Origin: Lytechinus pictus | Lineage: Eukaryota | Reading direction: 5' to 3' | NCBI RefSeq assembly: GCF_037042905.1 | Contig: NC_087249.1 | Location: 47,430,001 to 47,494,000, forward strand | Length of the DNA stretch: 64,000 nucleotides | In this document: positions 37,968 through 52,405 of the stretch, in pieces | How the letters are laid out: the number at the start of each line of letters is the position of its first letter | How positions within the stretch are numbered: position 1 is the first letter of the stretch | The notes under the pieces: model-generated | What the model saw: only the letters and a program-made list of their open reading frames with translations | Told to the model about the DNA's origin: nothing | Database searches by the model: none | Position numbers and translations under genes: made by a program

Positions 37968-40900
37968 CGTAGTAGTAGTATGAGCAGAAGTACTAGTAGT
38001 AGTGGTAGTGATTGTAATGAGCATAAAGTAATTTTCAATTTGTATTTTTATTTGGAAAACCATCATCTCAAATCATTTTCATGACCGTTCAAAACACTTT
38101 ACTTACATATACAACATGATCAAGGCTACAAATGACCAATCATTTGGTTCATATACACTTCGTCATCTTTAATATAGTTTCATATTTTTAATTAGAGGCA
38201 TAAATTGTGTTTTGAAAAGTGAGCCTACCAATATCACAAAAGGATCCGACCCAGCTTGGAAAGCAGAAGCACGCTGGTTCACCATCAATCACGGCACAAT
38301 TGCCATTTCCGTGACACACGACCTCGGCGGGGCACCACGGAACTTTTAAGTAAGAGATAGAAAAAGTAAGACACTGATCGATAATAAAATTATGAGAATA
38401 AGACAAAGTTACACAGTAACAACGCTTCACACAACCTGGAGTGTGTTTCATAAAACTTACTATAATAACAAATTTGTAATGACAGTTAAACTTGTAGTAC
38501 GACTATTTAAAAGAATTGTATCAAATAGCTTTAATCTCGTAAAGAACCCGAAGCTCATTTAGTTAACTAGGCTGTATAAAATATTTACACGCTGCTTAAT
38601 TTTGTTTCAATTGGTATAGATACAAATGATAAGCGCAGTTTTGATATGATCTGTATACTGGCCTACGTTTAACATAAGGGGAATCTAGATTTCAGACGTA
38701 CGTAAAATTTCTAATCAAACTGCTCCCAGATTTCCATTCTGATTAAGCAAACATATTTCTTAAACAAAGACATGACTAAGCGATTTCAACTATATTGCCA
38801 ATTACCCCTACCCCGGAAAAATGGGAATACGGACTTACTTTCACAGCGATCTCCGGTAAAATATATTGGACAGATGCACTTGCTCGAATCAATCAAAGGA
38901 ACACATGTACCACCATTCTCACAAATGTCGTTCAGAAAACATTCGTTAACTGAACAGAAAGACGAATAAAGAGCGGGAGAAGAGGATAAACAGATTGGGG
39001 AGGAATTAAGTACAAGGATGGAAAGTGAAAGAAAACGTATGAGACATGAGAAAAGGTAAAGAGAAGACGAGATGAAATGGGGGTAGAGATCGGGGAGGGA
39101 GAATAACAGAGAGGAGAGAGGAGGTATGAAAAAGAAAGAGTGTGTTATGTGTGAGAATAGAACAAAATATAAATAATTTATTTTGAGAACAAAAAATGCT
39201 GAATTAAAAATCACAAAAGGCATACGTCGGAGTTACATGGCAAAAATACAATAAAATTAGGTAACAATGGCAATGGAATCATATTATTATTGTTATTATT
39301 AATATTATTATTATTATAATAATTATTATTACATTATTCCTTTTTATATCATTTTGAAAGCATAACTAACTTTCATTGATATTTTCGACAAATAAAGTGT
39401 TATTTCGATACCCTGCTAAACGAAATTTGAGCGTATACTGATGGGGGTATTCGGTCGATCATTTCATTGCAAATTCTGCGGATCGAACTCCTCCCTCATT
39501 TGCGGTCAAGTGCACATGAGACTAGGTATCCACTTTGGTTTGGTTAAGGATGTGCAAAACCTATTTTTCAAACATTCGAAAATTCCTCTTTTTCCTACTG
39601 CGTATAAAGAGAGTTAACCGATTATCATTATTTATTATTAATATTATGATTATTATTCATTTTATACTTATTCATTAATTTGTTACCTATTTCACAAAAC
39701 TCCCCAGCGATATACTGCGAGTCGGTCGTACATACTGCAATCATGTTGTTATCTGCCACGCTGCACGAACAGTTATTCATGCAGGGACTCGGATTGCAAG
39801 GGTCCTCTGCGCAGAAATAAAATATATCATTGTTGAATTGTCATGGCAACAACTTATGATTTCTTATCAAGACTATCAATTTTCCTAAGAAATAGTGATG
39901 TGACTCTGACCCCCTTTATAATATCCGCCATCCCTTTATTTTGAGAAAAAAATAATGTGATTGGCAGTGACGTCATGAAATCAAAACTTTAATCATAACT
40001 CCGCATTTTTTGGGATTTTTATCAAACATTTACGAATATTCTTTTTCCTTTTAATTTTTTCTGATTTTATTAAAGGACAAGTCCATCCCCAAAAGTAGAT
40101 TTGAATAAAAAGAGAAAAATCCAACAAGCATAACACTAAAAAATTAATCAAAATCGAATGTAAATAAGAAAGTTATGACATTTTAAAGTTTGCCATGAAT
40201 TTCTTATTTTACATCCGAGTTCGATGAAATTCCCAGTGTTATGCCCTTTTGATTTTTCTCTATTTATTCAAATCAACATTTTTCTGGGGTGGACTTAACC
40301 TTTAATGGGTATATGAACAGACAGCCTTAATAATAGCCCCACCCCAAGTCCTAAACTACTCATATCTGACCAGGTTCATCACCCATCATGCAACAGTCCC
40401 AGACAAAGGTCTGAGCAGCGTTGTCTTGAACATAATATTATAGACCCACTTGAATGATGACACACTTATTCGCTATACTCATATCCCAGTACATTCAAGT
40501 CGCAATACCCATGTTGCCACGAAGCAAAACATGTACTTTTCCTTTCAATAACGGTCCATTTTCTCTGCAAAAACACCTGATTTTTACACATTATGATAAC
40601 GATTGTTACCTACCGTTTTCACAGAGTTGTCCTATGACACCGTCAGGGCAGTAACAGGTAAACCTATCGATTTCATCCATGCAAGTACCTCCGTTGTCAC
40701 AAGGATTTGAAGAGCACTCGTTAATATCTGTGTGAGGGACAGTAAGAAGTTTATTATCGACACTAAAATATCCGATCAACATCAAACCAACATCTATAGG
40801 GTTAAACACCAGCTTTCCACGTTTATTGTTTTCATCTTCAAAATTCTTTTACCAATATATCATTAACTTGCTTCCTCTCCCACATATATTTGAATAACCT

Positions 40901-41344
40901 GTCTATCCAAATACACCATCTTTTATCAACAGAAACATTCAAGTCCGAACATTCATCTCTCATTAACAATTTTATAGCGTATTGTATTCAGAATTTAAAT
41001 TTCTATTCTATTTCTATATTTCTTTTCTGTATTCAAGTGTATATTTTATTTCTTGAACAGCCATGAGAACCCAAAAGGTGGATATGTGCGTTATATAAAT
41101 CGCCACTATTAATATTATTATCNNNNNNNNNNNNNNNNNNNNNNNNNNNNNNNNNNNNNNNNNNNNNNNNNNNNNNNNNNNNNNNNNNNNNNNNNNNNNN
41201 NNNNNNNNNNNNNNNNNNNNNNNNNNNNNNNNNNNNNNNNNNNNNNNNNNNNNNNNNNNNNNNNNNNNNNNNNNNNNNNNNNNNNNNNNNNNNNNNNNNN
41301 NNNNNNNNNNNNNNNNNNNNNNNNNNNNNNNNNNAGAAGTCATG

Positions 41345-41398
<54 letters not shown>

Positions 41399-41399
41399 A

Positions 41400-41431
<32 letters not shown>

Positions 41432-44400
41432 ATAGTTGTAGTAGTAGTAGCATTCAGAAGCTATTCCTTGAATATTTAATCCACACCTAATCTTTCGTAA
41501 ATTCAAATTGAATCCTTCATCGCTCTCTTGAAACTTATGATTCTGCAATTATTATCTTTCTTGAAAAAAAATTACCAGCCTCTATTTTAGTTTTATACTA
41601 AGAAACAGGAAATAAGTTGTTATTTTGAGAGTTGTTTTAGATAGATAACATGTTCATGCTTGGAGCGAGAATAAACTAAGACCTGCTTCTATCAGGATAT
41701 TATCAGGTAGGCAGCGTCATGAATTTCATAAAGGGTCTTTCGGTTTTGGACTTTTTAGGCAGCGTATTCAGATATATAATATGGCATGTATGGTAATCCC
41801 TGCTATCATTTAATCTATTTTTTTATATCGAATATCATCTTTAAGAGTACCGTCGTGATGACGTCACAACTTTTTTTTTGCATTTCAACTTACTTGATAC
41901 CACATTTTGGTAGCGCATGATGAAAAACACCCCCTTTTTAAAATTTAGTGACTATCGGTCCATGAGGGTCTGAGATATGACCTCATGAATGCATGATTAG
42001 CCCCATTGAGGTCAATGTATTATTGACCTGGTTCCTAACTTTTAGAACCAGGCCAGTAATACATTGATTTCAATGTGGCTAATTATGTATTCATGAGGTC
42101 ATATCTTGGGGCCCCATGGACCAATTCCCACTAAATTTGGATTGTGGGGAGGGGGGGGGGTCATTATGCTTTACCAAAATATGGTATAAAAAGCGCTGGA
42201 ATGCAAAAAGTGAAAATTGATGACGTCACACTTCAGTACTCTATACTTGATATCAAAATCTAACATAGTTTAACACAAAATGATTTCTTAACCACTGGCG
42301 TAAATTCAAGCAGTAAACAAATTGTTCGGGGGTGAACTATTGTACTTCCCTACCCCCTGAATACTATGAAGTCATGTATTTGCGTCTATGTTCTTAACAG
42401 TATTATGTTTATGAATTAAATTTCCAAGAGAAAATTAACATTCTGAACTCCCTGGTCTGATTTACAAGGGGTAGTGAGCTTCCATATTAATTAAGGTAAA
42501 TTCATTGAATAAAATGATTGGATTTAAAAATCGGAAAATATATACGTTGATCTGATTATTAGCTTTTAACTGTTATTGTAAATTTCCATTGTAATAAGTT
42601 TTATAAAAACGGATCCCTGGCGATGCTCTCCTTTTAAAATCAGATGTATTCATCATTATATAAACTAGTATATTTCTTAAGGTCATATAAAAAAATACAA
42701 AAAAACGTTTACCTATTTCACAATTGACACCTGTCCAGCCAGGAATGCAGATGCAATTATAAAGATTTCTTCCATCGAAACATTGTCCATTGGCACATGG
42801 GTCCGATATGCACTCATCGATATCTTTTGCAGATAATAAATGAACAAATTAATTAAACAGAATAGATAAAATAAAATAAACAGTATGCTCAGTGCTCATA
42901 ACGCTCATCAATATCCTAATACGATAAATGCACAAACATAACAAAAAACAGCTTTTGCTGAAGAGGTCTTGTCATGTTGAAATAAATGAAATGAAACAAA
43001 TTCGCAGTCTCAGTGTATAGCTTGGACGGTGCTAATCTTGTTTAGAGAAATGAAAACCAGTGGTCTTTAAGAACCCATAACCTGAAGTGAAACTTACTGT
43101 TTTCCATAGCGTGTTCACTATGTGCAACCTCTAACACACAGATCTTAAAATGTGTATGAAATCACATTATTAAAGAATATCATGTTGTGTAGAATTCACT
43201 GATTATTTCTTCGATTACTTGAACCAAATCACATTTCACACGTGTTCTTTTTTTACTTACTCATAGTCATATAAATTCATTTTTCAAAATATCAACAACT
43301 AAATAGCCCAATATAGCCCGAAAGACAGAATTAAGAGAACCTATATTAACAATCATTTAAAGGCTATATGACTTGTTTCTGAAAACTATAAGAAAATTAA
43401 ATCCCATTATCTAACAACATCTGGAGACATTCGGAAGCACGTTTAACTCGTTTTTAAAGTCATGCGTGACTTTCCGAATACTTAGTTCCCAGATTATGAC
43501 TTTACAGTACAGAATTTATAATTTAGGTGCAATTGAAAGACATCCGATGCAAAATATAGTAAACAGTTGAGATTTCTTTCCACCTCTCAACCTGGCTTAT
43601 CACCAATAATGACAAAACAAGGTCTTATCAATATAATTTCTTACCTTCCTGACAGCGATCCCCGGTGAAGCCGTATGCGCATGTGCAAGTAAATCCGTTT
43701 ATCTTATCGATACACGAAGCTTCGTTCAGACATGGATGTGAAGAACACTCGTCAAAATCTGAGTTAAAAGAATAATTATGATATAATTTCTTTAGTTTTC
43801 GGTAGCAGTGGCATATCCAGCATTTCTAGGGGGAGGGGTGGAAAGAAAAGGCTTCCGATGTCTCACAATTTTTCTGACCCATCCCGCCCCCCCCCAAAAG
43901 TAAAATGAGAATTTGTTAATACATACTTCTGTTGTCTTTTTCAAAATATTTATACTTTCCGGGGGGGGGGGGGCTCTCACATCCTTAGTTTATTCTGGTT
44001 TAGTAATTAGTCCACTACATTTCTTAATTCGCAACTAAACAAAAAAAAAATGCGAAGGAAATTCATATATTAATATCAAAGAGATACGTACAATTTTACT
44101 TTAGATATTGATATATCCTAATGTAACCTTTGGAATTTAATTTTTTTTTAATGGAGAGGAAAATGGCCCAAATTAATTAATTTAGAGGCATTATAGGACA
44201 CGAACGGGCTTATAGAGATATAAACAAATATAACTAGTGAAATGTGAAGTTTCTCTACCGTAAAATCAAAGGCTCTTAGTATAGGATTCAAGTAATTTAT
44301 TTTATACTTAAGTAAAACTAATGAAATTCTGCTTCCTTTTATTTTCTTACTTATGTCACAGTTTACACCGGTCCATCCAGGTTGACAGGTGCAATAATAC

Positions 44401-47400
44401 ATATTGGTCCCATCTAGGCAAGCGCCATTGGTACAGGGATTCGATGTACATTCGTTGAAGTCTAATATTGAAGAAAAAAAATCAGAGACAATGGTATTTT
44501 AGGGCGTCAATAGGGTGACACAAGAGGGGGGAGATGAGGACATTTTTTTATCAAAAGAGTAAAAACAAATGTAAAGAAAAAACACGAAGGATATCAAAAA
44601 GAAAGCGGATGTGTAACTCTGGAATCATGACCCCATACTGATTTTACGAATATCAGATTACCATTAAAAAGACATACAAACACCTGGACAAACACAATAT
44701 TACAAAATAGAATTGTATATAAATCTTAAGGAGTTTATTTATATTACCTTCTGCACAACGCTGACCTAGGAAACCGGCTGAGCAGTTGCAGGTGTATGCA
44801 TCTATCTCATCGTTACAAGTACCTCCGTTAAGACAAGGGTCAGACGCACACTCATTGATATCTGTATGGTAATACTGCTAGGTTTATATACAGCTTGGGA
44901 AATTATTATCATACCACATTCCTCCTAACGTTCTATACAGTGTGGTTTAACAATTCATTTTCCAGGCTGGACATGTATACTGATAACAGTATGCAACATG
45001 AACATATAATGTGAATACACACAAAACGTAAAACATGTACAAAATCGTGTACAAAGTTAAGATGTTGAGGTCTATGTTGTTCAAAGGAATTAGAAGGTAG
45101 CAGAAATGCTAGTCTAGAATGATTATATCGATTTCTACAGAAACATGCAGGGGCGGATCCAGGATTTTCCAAAGGGGGAGGGCACATTTCCCCCCGAGGA
45201 GAAATTTGACAAGCAAAAAAAGTCCTCACTTTGAAAGGGGGGGGGGCACATTTGTTTTTAACGGCATTTTTACATTACAAATTTTGATTGTACCTCTCTA
45301 GGGGGTGGGGCACGAGCCGACTGTGCCCACCCCCCCCCCCTCCGTGGATCTACCAAACCTATAGACCTTATGCATTTACGTTACCGCGCCACCAACCCAT
45401 TCTCAATTTTTAAAATTTGCTGATTAATAATAATTATAAATATTGCTGATTGACAAAAAAGGAATGAGTATGATTGACAATCTAACACTGATTCAAGGGA
45501 GGATAACTACTGAACTTCGTTTTTTCTACATTGGAAAGATATATCACCACTTTGCAACTATTTTCTTACTGGCGGAAGAATTAGGGCCATTTTACTGTCT
45601 CAAGTGATAAATTTGATCCTGACAGGTGTAGTCTTCATAAATGCCGATTTATTTTTAAAATGAACCTGTCGAGGTACCCTTTTCTGGTCAGATATGGAAT
45701 GTCAGACACATATCCTATCCACTAGTTGTAAACATTAACCCTCGCATATCATCTTTTTTTTTTAATTGCCCCTTTAACACAAGGGTCTCTGGGAAATGTT
45801 TTTGGTCCGTGAAACCTATGGAGCCATTGCCTTGCATACGTTGGTGGAGGGCGCTATTAGATGCATGCATTATTGTACAGTAAATACAAGTGAACACAAG
45901 TGAAAATAAAGTAAATACAAGTGAAAATAACCATTATCTCTGTTAAATACTAATGTAACAACATTGGGTGATTGCATGCCTTCAATATGTAATAAAGGCC
46001 AAATTGGTTTCGAATCATAGCAAATCGTGCGATTGCTGGGATATCATTACGACTAGATATTCATTTCGCTTTTATTCTTATAGGGATGGTGGACTTATCA
46101 CAAATTTGAACATATATATTTGCACGACGATTTAGAACTTAAAACAGCAAGATGCTCGATGTCTGAATATCAGCATCAAATTTTACTATGTCTTATAGTA
46201 TACCGCAAACCAAGTGTGGGTAGCCTTTATATATGTTTCCTTTATAGAAAGACTTTATTAAAAATCGGAGACAAAACAGCTCATTCACTTTACAAAAAAA
46301 ATGATGAATCAAGTATGTATTTTATTTTTAACAGCTGTGCGTGTATACTATATTCTAACAATAAAACAAACTCATATTTTTTTAAGAATCTGCTCACTTT
46401 CATAATAACGTTTGGAAATAGTCTGAAAAGAACTGAAAGATAACTGCTCTCGATTACATCAACTTGTCCAGAATATGAAACATTGGGCCTGATGATCAGC
46501 ATGGCTTGGGATATAGGGGAATAGTCTGCAGGCACAGACCCTGCTTGAAACTTTGGTCAAAAGTGGGTCTTCATACAAATAATATAAAACTTGCTGTTTC
46601 AATTCGGACCTATAGTGCACAAGTCATTGCAAGCTTGTATTCTGATCCTTTCTCATGTGAAGGGATTCTACAGCAGACTAATATGAGAATATGCCTACGT
46701 ACCTGTTTGACACCGTTGGCCAGTAAACCCCACCAAACACCTACATGAGAAAGCGTTGTTTCCATCCGTGCAGTCGGCTCCATTTAAGCAGGGATAAGAT
46801 TCACATTCATTGATCTCTTTGGAAGGAACAAAAAAGTCATGACAAAGTCAAAAAGTCAGGACACAGGGTAAAAAGTATCATGTTTTCTTCAAAATCTATG
46901 AAAATGTTATTCTTTTTAAAGTTTCATTTTCAAAGTCTTGTTCAAAGTAAGATGGAAATGCACTTTGACATTCTTCTTTGCTACGCATCCATGTAATGCT
47001 TGCTAAGGCGTAGTCAGGATATTTTGATCGGTGACAAGATTCATTCCCTGAGAAATCATATAGGGTCACCAATGCCCCCCCCCCCCCCACCCTTTCCCTC
47101 TCTGTGGTGCTGTCCCCTGACCATCAGTTTGGCTGTCTTGCTAACCCATTCGTTTCAACGTGAGTACCACTGATAACATCCTTGGGTGGGAAGGACGGGG
47201 GGGGGGGGCAAGAAGTGTATGTTTTCGTGTATTTTGTGTACGTCATGTATGTGTGGCGTGGGTCTGAATCGATATGACACTTATTTTCAGGTCTGGTATT
47301 AGTAAGGCCATGGTCTAACTCTATATACTTGAACTAGGGAAGCTTTAAAAAAAGTCACAAGTTTGTTTTCGTTGTATGTTCATATTTACTGTATTCCCCC

Positions 47401-50400
47401 GAAATTTGTTTTGGTGGACAAACCTATGTTAATTATTATTCTCAGACAATTATGAATGGTTTGAGTGTAAAGTGAGCTGATAAAATCGTTGAAGTATGTT
47501 GCGAGATTCATAATTGGATATATATAGTTAAACGACAACAATTACTATAGTATGTGTCTTGTTTTGACAAAGAATGTGTATGAATGTGCGCTGGTTTTAT
47601 TTCAAACCTACGAATGAATAAGTATGAAAGATTGTACAAACCTTCTTCACAGTGTAGACCAATAATTCCAGGAGGACATTCGCAGGTATATGCATTTATT
47701 CCATCCTTACACGACCCCCCATTCATGCAAGGATCTGGTTTGCAATCGTTGATATCTGCGTGAACATGGTGTAAAAAACACGAAAAAAAGTAACATTAAT
47801 CTCGTGAATATTATCGTCGTTTGTATTATTCAGAAATGGTGATTACCTAGCTTCATTCAAAGAATGAAGGAAAATGAATTAAAGGAATGCTATGGAACGG
47901 TTCTGAAAGTAGGCGGGAGCTGAGACGAAGGGGGAGGGGGGTGGGGAGCGCTGACCACACAAGAAACATATTTTACGTTTTCGTACACGTTTATACAATT
48001 GTATAAAGGAAAAGAAACAACATCCCAGGCCCTTTACGGTTCCGCGGCTCCTGGAGTAAATCCTACAAATCAATTATTGTATTTTCTTGTATATTTTATT
48101 TCACTTTAGTAAGATGATAGTTTGCTCAGGCCTTCTTTGCACACAGTATTTAGCTTCGCACGCATTTAGTTAATTAACTCACATGCATGGCTTCGTGGGT
48201 CTTGCATACGCAATTTGATCAAAGTAAAGGCTCCTATTTTTTCCTAAATCGCCGATTCTTCACGGATCCACATGGTTTTGTGTTTATCGAGATGTATAAC
48301 ATCGAAAATGAAAATATATAATAGTTTCTCAATTTGATTTTACTATAGCTCCATAACCAATTTTTTTTTTGAATGAATTGAAATAATGCACATCTCATAC
48401 ATTACATTTTCACTTTATTCTTTATTATTTGCCACATTTTCATTTTCATTTTCATGGAAAGTGCATTTAAATATCTTTTAGAATGATGCTTGAAATTAAT
48501 TTTTTATTTTAATGAAATCATATTTGGTAAATACGTCCATATAATCTGTATTTACAAAGCATTTAAGTATTCGAATCTAGCATAAGGTATTAATTTCATC
48601 ATATTGTCATTTAAGCTACCATTTCACATTTAAAATCTACAATGTCTGGCGGCTTATGGACATGCCCTACTTACATAGCGGCGGCGGTTATAGTAGGAAA
48701 AGTATCAAATATGCATGCATTGTCTATTTATTTATTTATTTATTTATTTCATTTCCAGGCAAGAAAACATGACAGCAATAGAAACATTACAAAAGAAATG
48801 TAAAATTTAGCACCAGCCAATGCCTGGGGATCACCTAAAAGAATTGAAAATTCTGTCGAGAGGTTCTCCACATTGGCTGGTGTCTACATGGAATAACACA
48901 AAATAGCAATAAATTCAAACATGTAATTACAATACTTCTATATAAATTAATTAACATTCATCGTAATATGAATGAAAAAAAAAAAAACCAAGGTTTTCAA
49001 ATTCATACTTTAAGAAAAAAAAATGTAGATTGGGTCAAATCAGAAATTAGTCATTTATCAAATTAGAGACAGAGATGGTAGGTCAACTTATTGAATTTCA
49101 AGAGTCTGAGATAAATTGTTGTATTATGACATTTGTCACGGTTATGTGCGGGTTTAACAAAAAAAGCAAAGTAAACGACTTCTTAGATATCAACTGAATT
49201 TAAGCTACCATATCAAGAAAAGTAAATAAATTTATGTGTAACAGAAAAAAATAAACAATATGAAGAATGGGAATGTATGGCAAAGCATTAGAAAATCAAA
49301 TAATCAATCATAAATGAAACACACATTCAAAGCATTGGCCTGATGTGACAAGAACTAAGTTGAGAGCTTTACACGAAAAGAGGAATGGTAATTAATTAAT
49401 TATATGAAGGTGTAATAGAATTTCAGTTGATTGAAATACATGTATAGCAAACTATTAGAAAACCAAATAATTAATCAAAGTACAAACAAGTGAGTGACAT
49501 ATAAAATGTTTTTTTTTTTAATGTAAAAAAAAAAGATCTAAGACATGCTAGGAAGACTTTAGAAGGGATCACAATTTTGATACTGTGTGAGACTACAAAT
49601 TAAAAATGGTTCTAGCGTTATTAGGGTATGGGTACGTGCTAACAAATTAATATGCTTCTACGAGGGGAGGTAATTCAAAGACTAATTTCCAGTTAAGATG
49701 GGTAAAGTTGATAAAAGTTGAGCACATAGCAAGCTAGAATGAATACTGATTCTTTTTTTGATAGCTCTTCATTTAAAAGAACCATAAATACTCACTTATC
49801 TCGCAGATGAAACCTGTAACACCTTCTGGGCACTTGCAAGTAAACGAGTCTAACCCATCCTCACACGAACCGCCGTTCAGACAAGGCTCGGGTAAACAGT
49901 CATCAATGTCTGTAGAGATATAGTAATATGATAATAATAATTATTATAAAAACAAAATTAATGGTAATTATTATAATTACAATAATAACAATAATATTAA
50001 TAATGATAATGATAATACTTGCTTACATAGCGCTTAACACTTACTTTATCAGAAGTTTCTCTAAGCGCTCTACTGTAATGCAGCATAATTACCCTGAATT
50101 TAGCAGAGGTTCTGCGGTTCAAGGGATAATCAGGGTCTGGTACCCATTTTCGTCACATGGGTTGAGTGGAACACATCATGGATCAATTTCTTGCTGAAGG
50201 AAATTACGCCATGGCCGGGATTCTAACCCACGACCCTCTGTTTCAAGGTCAGGAGACGAATCCACTGGTCATGAAATATTGGTATCTTACAATCTTGGCC
50301 AATAATTATCAAACATGTGAATAACTGTAATCACTAACCATTGACAACTTATTGTGGTTAATCTATTCTACTTGGGCCCCCCGGGCGACCATACTCATAA

Positions 50401-52369
50401 TCAATCTGAGTCAAATAATATACAAAATGGAATACCATGACATACTCAATATGTTATTATTTTTTTTAATTATTTTTTTTAATCAAAAACATTTGTCAAA
50501 AGGATAAAACATCAATCAGCTCGCAGGCTGTTTCACATACTGGTCCTGCATAAAGAAAATATATACATATTAAAAGGAAAGATTACAAATAATTAGAAAT
50601 ACATGTTATTATATACAGCAAAACTAAAGTACAAATAATGCTAAAAATGAAACATCAGAAAAAAGGAACAAATAGCAAGATTTATCTCATAGTAAGATAA
50701 AGAAGTGAAGGAAAAGGAAAAAGGTTTTATACATCGATATCAAGACAGGAATGGGTCTCAATTTAAAGAATTGTAACAATTTGAATACTCATAGGAAATC
50801 ATAATAATCGATAATAAGTAGATGTGTATCATTTGGTAATCATGCTAATAACATGCATAATGGCAATACTATAGATATATATGGACCAAAATAAAACAGT
50901 TAAATAGTTGTTATAGATTTAAGCGAAATTTCTTGTAATGATGTTTGAAACTTTCAACAGAAATGGCATTCTGGATATCTTCCGGGAGTTTGTTCCAAGT
51001 TACTGCTCCGGCACATTTAAAGGATTGTTTAAATAGGGATATATTAGGTTTGGGTAATACTACATTCAGTGAATTTGCATTCATAGTGTTAATGCCATGG
51101 CGATCGAAGCACATTTCAATTTCATTTGATAAGCGGGGAGGGGCAACGCCCCTTATACACTTGTACATGAGAATTGCCAGAAAATAATCTCGACGTTGGT
51201 CAATAGTTTGCCAGGAGAGTTGACTTATCAATGCATTCCCGCTCGCAATTTGATAGTCAGAAATTCCAGATACATATCTGGCAGCTCTTTTTTGCAATCT
51301 ATTTAGGGGCAATTTGTAGGCTGCTGGACAGTTGCCCCAAACAGAGATTGCACAGTCTATACAGACAGAATGACAGAATTTGGTTATAATGCTGATAATG
51401 ATGATAATGATAATAATAATAGGCAATAATATTCATATAGCGCTAAATAATCATGTTTCTATGCGCTTGATATATGAAATATAAATATTATATATATATA
51501 AATAAACTGTTGGAACAAAGTACAATGCATTACCACTTTGCCTCATTAATATCTTCTATGTCCAACACGCGGAACGTAATATCGTTATATCATATAGATA
51601 TACATATTATATAAAAGTTGTATAGATAAATAATAAACATTATGGAGGTAGAATGACCATTGGGTGACAAAGACAGATACATGTAAAACAAAAATGAAAT
51701 AAAATACATGTAATGCTTTATGCGTGTCACACACAAAGGAACTATCATGATATAAATCAATATCCCCTATCTATATTTTTCTGTGGGGGAGGGGGGGGGG
51801 GGAGGTATCCCTACCCACTACCCCGGAACGACACCGATGGTGCCTTAGCCATAAAAAAGGATGTTTCCGTTACTTCCATGCGAGTGAGTGTAGCGACCAA
51901 CCAATGCAATTTGAAAATTCCATTAGCCATGTTAGCACATCTTAACATTCAAACAAATAAATGTATCACGCAACACATAAGTGATCCATATGACATACTG
52001 CAGTGCAATTTCATAAAATGATCAACCTTTTTGTACGTCCGAACCCCATTCTTCTCAAGTCTTACTTCACTTCATAAGCTGACAAAGTCATGGTCCTTTG
52101 AGAACATTACAGACTGTCAAAAGAACAAGAAATAAGAGACAGAAAATTTCTTAAAGATCCCACACATAAGAGGTCGGACGTACATATTTTATGATTTCGC
52201 CCTGTAGCATTTGAAATATGTGTTGCATTTAACAAATCATAGACATCATGTATACCTGTTTGGCAGCGCTGACCCGTATAACCTCTAGGACAGATGCATA
52301 TAACCGTATTTACCCCATCTTTACACGTGCCCCCGTTATCACAAGAATCTGGTAAACAATCATCGATAT

Positions 52370-52405
<36 letters not shown>

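Noticed and set aside
19512-41334. Claim that the EGF count is exactly 34
   Set aside because: The two N gaps have uncertain true length and could hide exons, and manual scanning may miss divergent ones; 34 is a minimum.
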